NCBI GenBank assembly: GCA_040384765.1 | Contig: JAZKIQ010000004.1 | Coordinates: 71,424 to 135,423, forward strand | Direction: 5' to 3' | DNA: 64,000 nt | Source: Patescibacteria group bacterium | GTDB taxonomy: Bacteria; Patescibacteriota; Minisyncoccia; Phycocordibacterales; JBBUBG01 | Part shown: one piece after another, positions 47,341-55,169 of the stretch | How positions within the stretch are numbered: the first letter of the stretch is position 1 | How the letters are laid out: each line of letters starts with the position of its first letter | The notes under the pieces: model-generated | Told to the model about the DNA's origin: nothing | Seen by the model: the letters and a program-made list of their open reading frames with translations, nothing else | Databases searched by the model: none | Position numbers and translations under genes: made by a program

Positions 47341-48095
47341 TCGTAGAGTCAATAAAAACTCGGCTTTTGGTGCCGCCGAAAGATGACCTCTTGTCGGCGA
47401 TTTTTGACTCGATCCCAGCTCTCCCTGAAAAATCAGTTCTTGCGGTCACCTCGAAGGTGGTAAGTATCTGGCAGGGGAGGTGCGTGTCCGCTTCCTCTGT
47501 TGTTGATAAGGATGAGTTGATCAAGAAAGAGGCGGATCGCTATCTGCCCCGAGGGTTTGCCTCGAACAGACTCGTGATGCATACGGAGAAGAACGGCTTC
47601 TTTATACCGACTGCTGGCATCGATGAGAGCAATGCCGATGGCTACTACATATTGTGGCCCGAGCATCCAGGGCGCTTGGCAGAAGAGATTCGGGCGGCGT
47701 GCATGAAGCACTATGGGGTATCGGCGCTCGGTGTGGTGGTTACCGACTCTCATTCGGTTCCACGGCGGCGCGGCACGGTGGGTGTGTCCCTTGGGCATGC
47801 TGGCTTTGCGCCGCTCCACGACTACCGCGAAACCCCCGACCTCTTTGGGCGTATCCTCAAAATAACGATGCTCAATGTGGCAGACTCTATCGCCTCTGCC
47901 GCTGTGCTTGCCATGGGTGAGGGTACCGAAAGGACCCCTCTCGCACTTCTCTCGGGAGTGCCCTTTGTCGATTTTGAGCACGGCGAATCAGATAAAAAGT
48001 ACGGCTCGTTTGAAGTGCCGAAAGACGAGGATCTTTACGCTCCATTTTTTGAAAGTGCGCCTTGGGAGGAAGGTGAGGGTGGCTTGCGAATATAG
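47337..48095 (+). CDS. CofE-like (F420-0:gamma-glutamyl ligase family) protein
   Basis: VTSKVVS, AGIDESN, VVVTDS, DLFGRIL, GEGTERTP. Confidence 0.88.
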   Translation: MIVESIKTRLLVPPKDDLLSAIFDSIPALPEKSVLAVTSKVVSIWQGRCVSASSVVDKDELIKKEADRYLPRGFASNRLVMHTEKNGFFIPTAGIDESNADGYYILWPEHPGRLAEEIRAACMKHYGVSALGVVVTDSHSVPRRRGTVGVSLGHAGFAPLHDYRETPDLFGRILKITMLNVADSIASAAVLAMGEGTERTPLALLSGVPFVDFEHGESDKKYGSFEVPKDEDLYAPFFESAPWEEGEGGLRI

Positions 48096-48113
48096 AAAGG
48101 GTATACTTATACC

Positions 48114-48803
48114 ATGAGCCACGTAGAGTCAGTACAGAAACTGTACGACGAGTGGGCCCCGCTTTATGACCTATCAACAAAGCGGAGTATTGCGTATCTC
48201 GTGGAAGATGGTATTTTCGCGGATGCCGTTGACCCCAAAAAGAGTGATCGGATTCTCGACCTAGGCAGCGGTACTGGCAGAACAGTCTCTCAGCTGCTTG
48301 GTTCTGGTGCGCATGTTGAGGGGATGGACCTTTCCCGAAAGATGCTCGAAATAGCGCGTGAGAAGTTTCCAGCCATTACGTTTCATGAAGGAAATATCGA
48401 AGAGGGTCTTCCGGGCGCGGAAGGCTTTTTTTCTAAAATAACGAGTTCGCTGACATTTCAGTTTGTGCAGTATGCGGAAAAGGTGTTTACCGAAGCGCAT
48501 AGGGTGCTCACTCCATCCGGCACCTTTTTCTTTACCGACTTTATTGCGGATGCTCCTCTCGAGTGGCCCTCAGTTGTGTACCGAGAGCCGAAGCTTTTTG
48601 CGGGTTCGATCGGCTCAATCTCTCGCTTTCGACGCCTCGTAGAGTATCTGGAGATGATCGACCACTCTGGGTTTCGACTTGTCGAGCTTCGTCCGCTTCG
48701 CGTGGGTGAGGAGTGTCGCGAGGTGCTCACTCCCGACTCTTTTGAGAAAGTGGTGGACAAATGGGCGAGTCTCTTGTTTGTTCTCAAGAAAAAAGAACGG
48801 TAA
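48114..48803 (+). CDS. Class I SAM-dependent methyltransferase
   Basis: YDEWAPLYD, ILDLGSGTG, GMDLSRKML, HRVLTPSG. Confidence 0.92.
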   Translation: MSHVESVQKLYDEWAPLYDLSTKRSIAYLVEDGIFADAVDPKKSDRILDLGSGTGRTVSQLLGSGAHVEGMDLSRKMLEIAREKFPAITFHEGNIEEGLPGAEGFFSKITSSLTFQFVQYAEKVFTEAHRVLTPSGTFFFTDFIADAPLEWPSVVYREPKLFAGSIGSISRFRRLVEYLEMIDHSGFRLVELRPLRVGEECREVLTPDSFEKVVDKWASLLFVLKKKER

Positions 48804-48864
48804 GTTTTTTGCTGCGGAAAGATGTCCACGGCCTCGAAAGATAACTCATGATACGATAAAGGAG

Positions 48865-49779
48865 ATGCGCACCTCGTTTGTTTCGCAAATCATTATTGTA
48901 TTTCTTGCAAACCTCGGCCTTGCCTTGGTTATTCCGCCTGTCTCTATTCCGAACTTGGATTCGCTCCTCATGTCGTCCGCCTTTCTTTTCTCGGTTGTGT
49001 ACGGCTTCGAGCTTTCTATGGTGCTTTCACACTTCTCCGAACTCAAGCGCCAGCTCGCCATCGAAAATGCCGGACTCCTCTCCGTGCACCATCTTTCGGG
49101 AATTGTAGGAGGGCCCGTAGGGAAAAAAGTACAAGCGGCTGTCGAGACCTATATCATGGCTGCTATCGACCAGCCTCTCTCGGCGCATCTGCGTGTTGAT
49201 AAGGAGTTTTTTGCAATCTGGAAACCGCTCGAGGACCTGGTAGAGGTGAAAGGGCAGGAGAAGGGGAGAGCACTTCAGTATTTAAACGAAGCACTGTACT
49301 ACATGCCTCAGGCTCGCTCGCGCATTGCCGCCGCCGCGCCGCGTTTTGTAGATGCTCCCGTGTGGGCGATGTTGGGCGCTCTCGGGATTGTGCTCGCGGG
49401 GCTTATTTTCACAAGCCATGATGCCTCGCTCTTTTCGCTTGTCTCCGCTGCGCTTTTCGTCACGATCGTTTTTGGGGCACTGCTCCTTCTTGATGAGATC
49501 GACTCAAACCGCATCGAAGAAGCAAAGCTAGAGTACGAGCAGTTCAACGAGACGCTCGTCTCGCTTGGCTACCTGCGCTACTATCCTGAGTTTGCGCTTG
49601 CACAGGGGGTGGTTGTGCCATCTCGAGATGCACGCTATCGAATTGGGGTGTTTCCGCACTATCCGTCTCTGGTGGGCCGCACTATCCACAAGGAGGGAGA
49701 AGAAAAAAGGGTTCGGACGGTTCGCACGCGGGCGGTCTCGAAAAAGCCCCAAGCGCCAAAACGGATAAAGAAAGTGTAG
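48865..49779 (+). CDS. Four-TM membrane protein (DUF4239/bestrophin-like layout)
   Basis: Two TM hairpins flanking a helical soluble domain; family assignment tentative. Confidence 0.65.
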   Translation: MRTSFVSQIIIVFLANLGLALVIPPVSIPNLDSLLMSSAFLFSVVYGFELSMVLSHFSELKRQLAIENAGLLSVHHLSGIVGGPVGKKVQAAVETYIMAAIDQPLSAHLRVDKEFFAIWKPLEDLVEVKGQEKGRALQYLNEALYYMPQARSRIAAAAPRFVDAPVWAMLGALGIVLAGLIFTSHDASLFSLVSAALFVTIVFGALLLLDEIDSNRIEEAKLEYEQFNETLVSLGYLRYYPEFALAQGVVVPSRDARYRIGVFPHYPSLVGRTIHKEGEEKRVRTVRTRAVSKKPQAPKRIKKV

Positions 49780-49813
49780 TTTCAGCACGCGCTCTTCTTC
49801 GCTGTGAGCCATC

Positions 49814-49840
49814 GCCACTCCTTCACAGGAGTGGCTTTTT
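49814..49840 (+). terminator. Probable intrinsic terminator
   Basis: gccactcct-tcac-aggagtggc-ttttt. Confidence 0.75.
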
Positions 49841-49864
49841 GTGTTAAAAATAGTACCACTTCAT

Positions 49865-50281
49865 ATGGAGAATCTCTCTCGTCTATGGACCGATATTCTT
49901 GAATCACGCCTCGGCGCGCTCTTCTTTGGTGTACCCATGATGCGCAATTCGGCCTTGTACGCCCTTGTTTGGTCGGGGTATGTTCTGCTCGCGTCGATCG
50001 ATTCGGCGTTTCGAGGGGAGCTCCCTCATGAGCTATGGCTTGCTACCGCAGGGCTTCCTCTTTTTATAGGCAACCTTCTTCCCTTTAAGAGCTTTGTAGC
50101 CGGGGCAGATCCGGAGGATACGCTCATCTTGCTCTACACTCTTGTGCCACTCCTCCTGTGGGTCATCTCCTTTGGGATTATCCACGGACTTTTTTTCTTT
50201 TTTGCCGCCCTCAACTCGGAGGCAGAGCGCCGCGTCATTATCTTCGAAACAGCTCGAGAGGCAGTAGCAAGTCCTGTTTAG
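49865..50281 (+). CDS. Membrane protein, hypothetical
   Basis: Hydrophobic 138-aa ORF. Confidence 0.6.
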   Translation: MENLSRLWTDILESRLGALFFGVPMMRNSALYALVWSGYVLLASIDSAFRGELPHELWLATAGLPLFIGNLLPFKSFVAGADPEDTLILLYTLVPLLLWVISFGIIHGLFFFFAALNSEAERRVIIFETAREAVASPV

Positions 50282-50299
50282 GAGAGAGAAAAAAAGAGG

Positions 50300-50385
50300 G
50301 TTGACCCCGATAGAAACCATCCCCGCATCTCGTCTTGCAGCAGGACGAAATGCGCCCGCAGCGGGCTGTTTCTAACGGGGTTGAC
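50300..50385. repeat. Branched hairpin element with CCCCGWTAGAAAC / GTTTCTAACGGGG ends
   Basis: Near-perfect 18-bp inverted ends enclosing two hairpins (gcat.tcgtcttgc/gcaggacga.atgc and gcccgc/gcgggc). Confidence 0.75.
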
Positions 50386-50409
50386 TTTTACCTAAAAGGG
50401 GTGTATATT
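50381..50409 (+). promoter_or_regulatory. Sigma70-type promoter of the RRM gene
   Basis: TTGACT-17 nt-TATATT with TG extension. Confidence 0.65.
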
Positions 50410-50497
50410 AGCTGCAATTGTAAGTTTTCTCGAGCGCGTCGCCGTAAGGAGAGATGAGCGAGAGGGTCGCCTTACAGTTTTAGTAGATAGTATCCAA

Positions 50498-50836
50498 ATG
50501 GCTACACGATTGTACGTTGGCGGATTGCCGTACTCGACCACTGAAGACTCGCTTCGCGCAGCTTTTGCGCAGGCAGGCGCAGTGACGTCGGCAACCATCA
50601 TCATGGACAAGATGACCGGCCGTTCCAAGGGTTTTGGTTTCGTCGAAATGGGATCTGATGCAGATTCCCAGAAGGCGATCGAAATGTGGAATGGTAAGGA
50701 ATTCGAAGGCCGCCGCCTTACCGTGAACGAAGCTCGCCCAATGGAAGCTCGCCCTCCACGAACAGGTGGAAATGGTGGAGGCTATGGGGGAGGTTCTTCT
50801 TTCGGTGGAAATGGTGGAGGTGGAAACCGCTGGTAA
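50498..50836 (+). CDS. RRM-domain RNA-binding protein with Gly-rich tail
   Basis: RNP2 LYVGGL, RNP1 KGFGFVEM, LTVNEARP. Confidence 0.97.
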   Translation: MATRLYVGGLPYSTTEDSLRAAFAQAGAVTSATIIMDKMTGRSKGFGFVEMGSDADSQKAIEMWNGKEFEGRRLTVNEARPMEARPPRTGGNGGGYGGGSSFGGNGGGGNRW

Positions 50837-50842
50837 CCAGCA

Positions 50843-50887
50843 GCGAAACTAAAACGGGCCGCTTGGTGCGGCCCGTTTTAGTTTCGC
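50843..50887 (+). terminator. 20-bp perfect hairpin, terminator-like
   Basis: gcgaaactaaaacgggccgc-ttggt-gcggcccgttttagtttcgc. Confidence 0.7.
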
Positions 50888-50952
50888 ATGGTGAGCTATC
50901 AGGAGACATTCGTCTCGACTCTCCTCGAACTCGAATTGAAATTTTCGCGAAT

Positions 50953-52758
50953 ATGAATATAAGAAACATTGCAATTATCGCCCACGTAGACCACGGCAAG
51001 ACCACTCTTGTTGATGCTTTGCTGCGGCAGTCGAACACCAAGCTTGCGAAAGAGGTGGCTGACTCGACCTGCATCATGGACTCAAACGAGCTTGAGAAGG
51101 AGCGCGGCATTACTATTTTTTCTAAAAATGCGAGCGTCTTCTGGAAGGATGTGAAGCTCAATATTATTGACACGCCAGGCCACGCCGACTTCGGTGGGGA
51201 GGTGGAGCGCGTACTTTCCATGACCGACGGTGCGCTTCTCTTGGTGGATGCAAAGGAGGGTCCTATGCCGCAGACTCGCTTCGTACTTAAAAAGGCGCTT
51301 GAGATGAAACTCAAGATTATTGTGGTGATCAACAAGGTAGACAAGTCCGACGCGCGCCCTGCTGTGGTTGTAGAGAAAGTGCTGGAGCTGTTTCTTGAGC
51401 TTGGAGCCGGAGAGAGCGCTCTCGATGTGCCGTTTGTGTATGCGGTGGCCCGCGAAGGCAAAGCTGGCCTTACGCCCGACATTCCTTCCATGAATGGCAT
51501 CGCTCCTATTTTTGATGCGATTCTTGAACATATTCCTGCGCCTACGGGAGATGCCTCAAAGCCTCTTCAGATGCTGGTCTCGTCGATTGTCGGCGACAAC
51601 TTCAAAGGCCGCATTGCTATTGGCCGTATTTATAACGGTGTGATCCACGCTGCCGAGCAGGTGATGCATATTAACCGCAGTGGTGAGATGAAGCCATATC
51701 GCCTTACATCGCTCATGACCTTTTCGGGCCTTGATCGCTTGGAAGCAAAGGAGGCATCTGCGGGAGATATTGTTTCAATCGCTGGAATTCCTGATATTAC
51801 GATTGGTGAGACGATTGCCGATCTCGCTACGCCTGTCGCACTTCCTCTTCTTGATATCGAAGAGCCAACGGTGAAGATGACCTTCAAGATCAACGACTCT
51901 CCGTTTGCAGGGAAGGAGGGGACATACTCTACTTCACGCCAGATCCGCGCACGCCTTATGAAAGAGCTTGAGACCGATATGGCGCTTCGCGTGGAAGATG
52001 GTCCTGATAACACATGGGTTGTAGCTGGCCGCGGAGAGCTTCACCTGGCTATTGTCATCGAGCGCCTGCGTCGCGATGGGTTTGAATTTGCCGTTTCTCG
52101 TCCGCAGGTGATCGTGAAAGAGGTGAATGAGGTAAAGATGGTGCCGTACGAAAAAGCGTATATCGAAGTGCCAGATCAGTTTGCGGGCGCGGTGATCCAA
52201 AAGCTAGGCAGCCGCCAGGGAGAGATGGCCGAGATGCGCTCAGAAAACGGGATCACATTTCTTGAATTTATCATTCCGACACGTGGCCTCTTTGGCTACC
52301 GCAGTGATCTCCTTACCGACTCGAAAGGGCTCGGCATCATCAATACGTCATTTCTTGAGTACCGACCTGAGCGTGGCGGCTTCCCTGAGCGTGCTAATGG
52401 CTCGCTGGTGGCCTTTGAGACGGGTGAGACGCGCCTCTTTGGCCTTCTCGCTGTGCAAGACCGTGGCGTGCTCTTCATTGGGCCGGCAGTACAGGTGTAC
52501 AAGGGGCAGGTGGTGGGTAAGAACTCTCGTGTGGAAGACCTGCCAGTAAACGTATGTAAAGAGAAGCAGCTTTCAAACATGCGCTCCAAAGGTGATGGTC
52601 CTGCAGAGAACCATGTGCCTCCAAAAATTATGAATCTTGAAGAGGCGCTTGAATATATCGGAGACGACGAGCTTGTGGAGGTGACGCCAAAGAGCGTACG
52701 TATCCGCAAGATGGTGCTCGATGAGAATGAGGCCCGAAGAAAAGCACGAGGAATGTAG
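50953..52758 (+). CDS. typA: Translational GTPase TypA/BipA
   Basis: IRNIAIIAHVDHGKTT, DTPGHADFGGEVER, GRGELHL, ELVEVTPKSVRIRK. Confidence 0.98.
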   Translation: MNIRNIAIIAHVDHGKTTLVDALLRQSNTKLAKEVADSTCIMDSNELEKERGITIFSKNASVFWKDVKLNIIDTPGHADFGGEVERVLSMTDGALLLVDAKEGPMPQTRFVLKKALEMKLKIIVVINKVDKSDARPAVVVEKVLELFLELGAGESALDVPFVYAVAREGKAGLTPDIPSMNGIAPIFDAILEHIPAPTGDASKPLQMLVSSIVGDNFKGRIAIGRIYNGVIHAAEQVMHINRSGEMKPYRLTSLMTFSGLDRLEAKEASAGDIVSIAGIPDITIGETIADLATPVALPLLDIEEPTVKMTFKINDSPFAGKEGTYSTSRQIRARLMKELETDMALRVEDGPDNTWVVAGRGELHLAIVIERLRRDGFEFAVSRPQVIVKEVNEVKMVPYEKAYIEVPDQFAGAVIQKLGSRQGEMAEMRSENGITFLEFIIPTRGLFGYRSDLLTDSKGLGIINTSFLEYRPERGGFPERANGSLVAFETGETRLFGLLAVQDRGVLFIGPAVQVYKGQVVGKNSRVEDLPVNVCKEKQLSNMRSKGDGPAENHVPPKIMNLEEALEYIGDDELVEVTPKSVRIRKMVLDENEARRKARGM

Positions 52759-52793
52759 AAATAAAAAAAGCGCCGTAAGGCGCTTTTTTATTT
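52759..52793 (+). terminator. Intrinsic terminator after typA
   Basis: aaaaaagcgcc-gtaa-ggcgctttttt. Confidence 0.85.
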
Positions 52794-52841
52794 GCTAGAC
52801 TTCTTACCCTGGCTGGTATTAATATCTATACAAGTTTGATT

Positions 52842-53051
52842 CGGGACGTGGTGTAACGGTAACATTCACGAGATGGGGTCGAATCTTTTGTCGGGCTATA
52901 GTGTAACGGTAACATTCACGATTCGGGTTCGTGAGACTCTGGGTTCAAATCCCAGTAGCCCGACAAAAGATTTGACGGGAATGCCCCAAGCGCATTCCCC
53001 GGATTTTCAGCAGAAAATGTGAGACTCCGGGTTCAAATCCCGGCGTCCCGA
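52842..53051 (+). tRNA. Interrupted (outer) tRNA-Pro; halves 52842-52880 and 53019-53051; anticodon most likely TGG
   Basis: Joined halves give a 72-nt cloverleaf: acceptor CGGGACG/CGTCCCG-A, D stem GTGT/ACAT, anticodon stem CACGA/TC^GTG with loop GATGGGG, T arm CCGGG-TTCAAAT-CCCGG. Position 33 is A rather than U, so a GGG reading or pseudogene status cannot be excluded. Confidence 0.7.
52892..52963 (+). tRNA. tRNA-Pro(CGG), intact, nested in the outer tRNA
   Basis: Acceptor CGGGCTA/TAGCCCG-A, D stem GTGT/ACAT, anticodon arm CACGA-TT CGG GT-TCGTG, T arm CTGGG-TTCAAAT-CCCAG; CCA not encoded. Confidence 0.93.
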
Positions 53052-53186
53052 CTGAGCAAGGCGAAGGAGCGGAGGAGAAAATGCCCTGCGGCATTTTTGT
53101 TCGGTATTTGAAGGACTTTTCAATGTCGAGCAATGCGAGACGTGAAAAGTACCCGCGACGGTAGTCGAAAATCCCGGCGTCCCGAC
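53035..53186 (+). repeat. 18-bp direct repeat of the tRNA 3' end bracketing a structured spacer
   Basis: aaatcccggcgtcccgac at 53035-53052 and 53169-53186. Confidence 0.85.
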
Positions 53187-53308
53187 ATTTTGACGGTTTG
53201 TGATCTGCGTTCTACCATAGAGCTTTTATTTGACAGGTATAACGGTTGAGGTAGATAATATCTCCATTAATTAACAAGGTCGAACGAAGCAAGTAATCAG
53301 AGTAAGAT

Positions 53309-53980
53309 ATGACGAACTACAAGCGAGGATCAACAGCGGCGGTACTCGTATCAGCAGTCGTGGGTCTTTTGGTAGGATACGGAATCGCACGCGGTACGAA
53401 TGGAAGCGCTGTGCCAGCAGGTGACATGGCGCCAACCTCTGTTTCGAAAGCAGCAGATCTCCGTGTTGTGCTCAATGCTATTGAGCGACAGCACGTAGAC
53501 CTCGCTTCAACAGCTGTGCGCAACGCCTTTGATGGCAGCGCAGACACAAACGCATCAGTGGATGCCCTATCGGCAAACACGAAGCGTCTTTCAGATGCAG
53601 TAGCAAGTGTATACGGAGCAGAGGCTGGGAAGAAATTCTCGGACATCTGGTCGAGCCACATCGGCTTCTTCGTAGACTATACGCTCGCTGCAAAGGCTGG
53701 CGATAAAGCAAAGATGGACAAAGCAGTGCAGAACCTCGGTGGATACGCAGATGCGGTCTCCGATTTTCTCTCACAGGCTAACCCAAACTTGCCTCGCGAA
53801 GCAGTGCACGGTCTCGTAATGCAGCACATTGGCCACCTCAAGGGTGCAGTTGATGCATACGGCCGGAAAGATTATGCCGGATCGTACACCGCTCAGTCTG
53901 AGGCGTACGAGCAGATTGGCAAAATTGCAGATGCGATCGCGGAAGCTATCGTAAAGCAGAAGCCAGAAGCGTTCAACTAG
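53309..53980 (+). CDS. Membrane-anchored helical His-containing protein (family often labelled copper amine oxidase-like)
   Basis: AADLRVVLN..QHV, YGAEAG..F..IWSSHIGFFVDY, QHIGHL; lacks the size and motifs of a true amine oxidase. Confidence 0.7.
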   Translation: MTNYKRGSTAAVLVSAVVGLLVGYGIARGTNGSAVPAGDMAPTSVSKAADLRVVLNAIERQHVDLASTAVRNAFDGSADTNASVDALSANTKRLSDAVASVYGAEAGKKFSDIWSSHIGFFVDYTLAAKAGDKAKMDKAVQNLGGYADAVSDFLSQANPNLPREAVHGLVMQHIGHLKGAVDAYGRKDYAGSYTAQSEAYEQIGKIADAIAEAIVKQKPEAFN

Positions 53981-54036
53981 AACGTCTTCTCTCACCGATC
54001 GACAGTTCGAAGAAACCCCGACGTGTCCTACGGGGT

Positions 54037-54079
54037 TTCTTTGCTAAAAGAGAGGTAAACCCTCTCTTTTAGCAAAGAA
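54037..54079. terminator. Perfect long hairpin, terminator-like
   Basis: ttctttgctaaaagagagg-taaac-cctctcttttagcaaagaa. Confidence 0.6.
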
Positions 54080-54112
54080 GTTATGCATAAAAACCGTTTG
54101 CAGATTACTTGA

Positions 54113-54269
54113 TTGCCTAGCGTAGTGAGAGAAATGAAAAGAGTACTTTTTATTTCCGAACGAGCGACGGCAAAAAAGGGCAGATACCCCGCCGCTTTGC
54201 GGCGCCCCGTACAAACAGTACACTGGTTGTACGGGGCGGGGGCTTGTCCCGGGGTTAATACCCTTTATT
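54113..54269 (+). repeat. Family B copy 4 with second module
   Basis: B core 54113-54173 plus the module shared with 36841-36934. Confidence 0.88.
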
Positions 54270-54287
54270 CGTTCCCATACTATATTT

Positions 54288-54734
54288 ATGAACAACAAAG
54301 CACTTGGCATTGGCGTAGTAGTCGTTATTATCATCGGTCTCTTCCTTCTCATGCCGAAGGGTACTGAGGCTCCTGCCGACAACAATGGCGCAGCGCCTGT
54401 ATCGGGGGGCACAGGATCTTCTGACACCACGACTGGTACCTCAGTAGATGTGTCCGCTACTGTATCTACAACCGTTGGAGCAGGACAGGTTGCCGCATCG
54501 ATCAAAGGATATGCTTTCGCTCCCGGAGTTATCAAAGTAAAGAAGGGGACCACTGTCACCTGGACTAACATGGATTCAGTTGGCCACAGCGTCGTTGCAG
54601 ATTCAGGAAAGTGGACGAGCGATCTTCTTGCAAAAGGCCAGACCTACTCGTACACCTTTGATGCAGTTGGAACGGTGGCATACCACTGCGGCCCACATCC
54701 ATACATGAAGGGTACTGTTGAGGTTACTGAATAG
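54288..54734 (+). CDS. Membrane-anchored cupredoxin (plastocyanin/amicyanin-like)
   Basis: GTTVTWTN, HSV, type-1 Cu loop YHCGPHPYMKG. Confidence 0.93.
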   Translation: MNNKALGIGVVVVIIIGLFLLMPKGTEAPADNNGAAPVSGGTGSSDTTTGTSVDVSATVSTTVGAGQVAASIKGYAFAPGVIKVKKGTTVTWTNMDSVGHSVVADSGKWTSDLLAKGQTYSYTFDAVGTVAYHCGPHPYMKGTVEVTE

Positions 54735-54740
54735 CATTTC

Positions 54741-55169
54741 GTGACAGAGCTTTTTCGCCACATCTGGAAAAAGGTGCTCGTGGTGTTCGTTTTTGCGATT
54801 GCCGCTGGTTTTATTATTGCAAAAACAACGTCACCTGAAGCCCCTGTTGCTGGGAACGAGCTTGAAGAGGCGACGCCAGCGGTTGTTGTTCGTCTGCTTC
54901 CGCTTGGTCCGGACCCCAAAGAGGTCACGGTCGCCCGCGGATCTATAGTTGAGTTTGCGGCTCGTGATGGCAAACTCCACGATCTTCGCGAGGGGGAGCC
55001 CGATCTCCATGAAGCGGCGCCCTCCAAAAAGGAAGGCTATCAGTCGGGAGTTTTTGCTCCAGACGAGGCCTACCGGGTGCGTTTTGACCGAGTCGGGGAG
55101 TTCGTCTTCCACGACCACCTTAATCTTAAGACAGTGATATATATTCACGTCTATGAACCAACCTCTTGA
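54741..55169 (+). CDS. Cupredoxin-fold protein lacking the Cys ligand
   Basis: PKEVTVARGSIVEF, HDL, GEFVFHDHLN. Confidence 0.7.
   Translation: MTELFRHIWKKVLVVFVFAIAAGFIIAKTTSPEAPVAGNELEEATPAVVVRLLPLGPDPKEVTVARGSIVEFAARDGKLHDLREGEPDLHEAAPSKKEGYQSGVFAPDEAYRVRFDRVGEFVFHDHLNLKTVIYIHVYEPTS

Noticed and set aside
52842-52963. Nested tRNA as a simple tandem-duplication or repeat-collapse artefact
   Set aside because: Inner and outer genes differ by compensatory changes in acceptor and T stems and in the anticodon loop, and unique sequence separates the parts. Read-level confirmation is still needed.
52881-53018. tRNA insert as a group I or group II intron
   Set aside because: Only 138 nt, 72 of them the inner tRNA; no room for a catalytic core and no recognisable P7 or domain V.
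53309-53980. True copper amine oxidase enzyme
   Set aside because: Too short, predicted all-helical, and lacks the TPQ consensus NY(D/E)Y.
21924-54269. Dispersed repeats as a CRISPR array or integron attC cassette array
   Set aside because: Copies are kilobases apart in mixed orientation, with no regular spacers, no consistent RYYYAAC/GTTRRRY ends, and no cas or intI gene.
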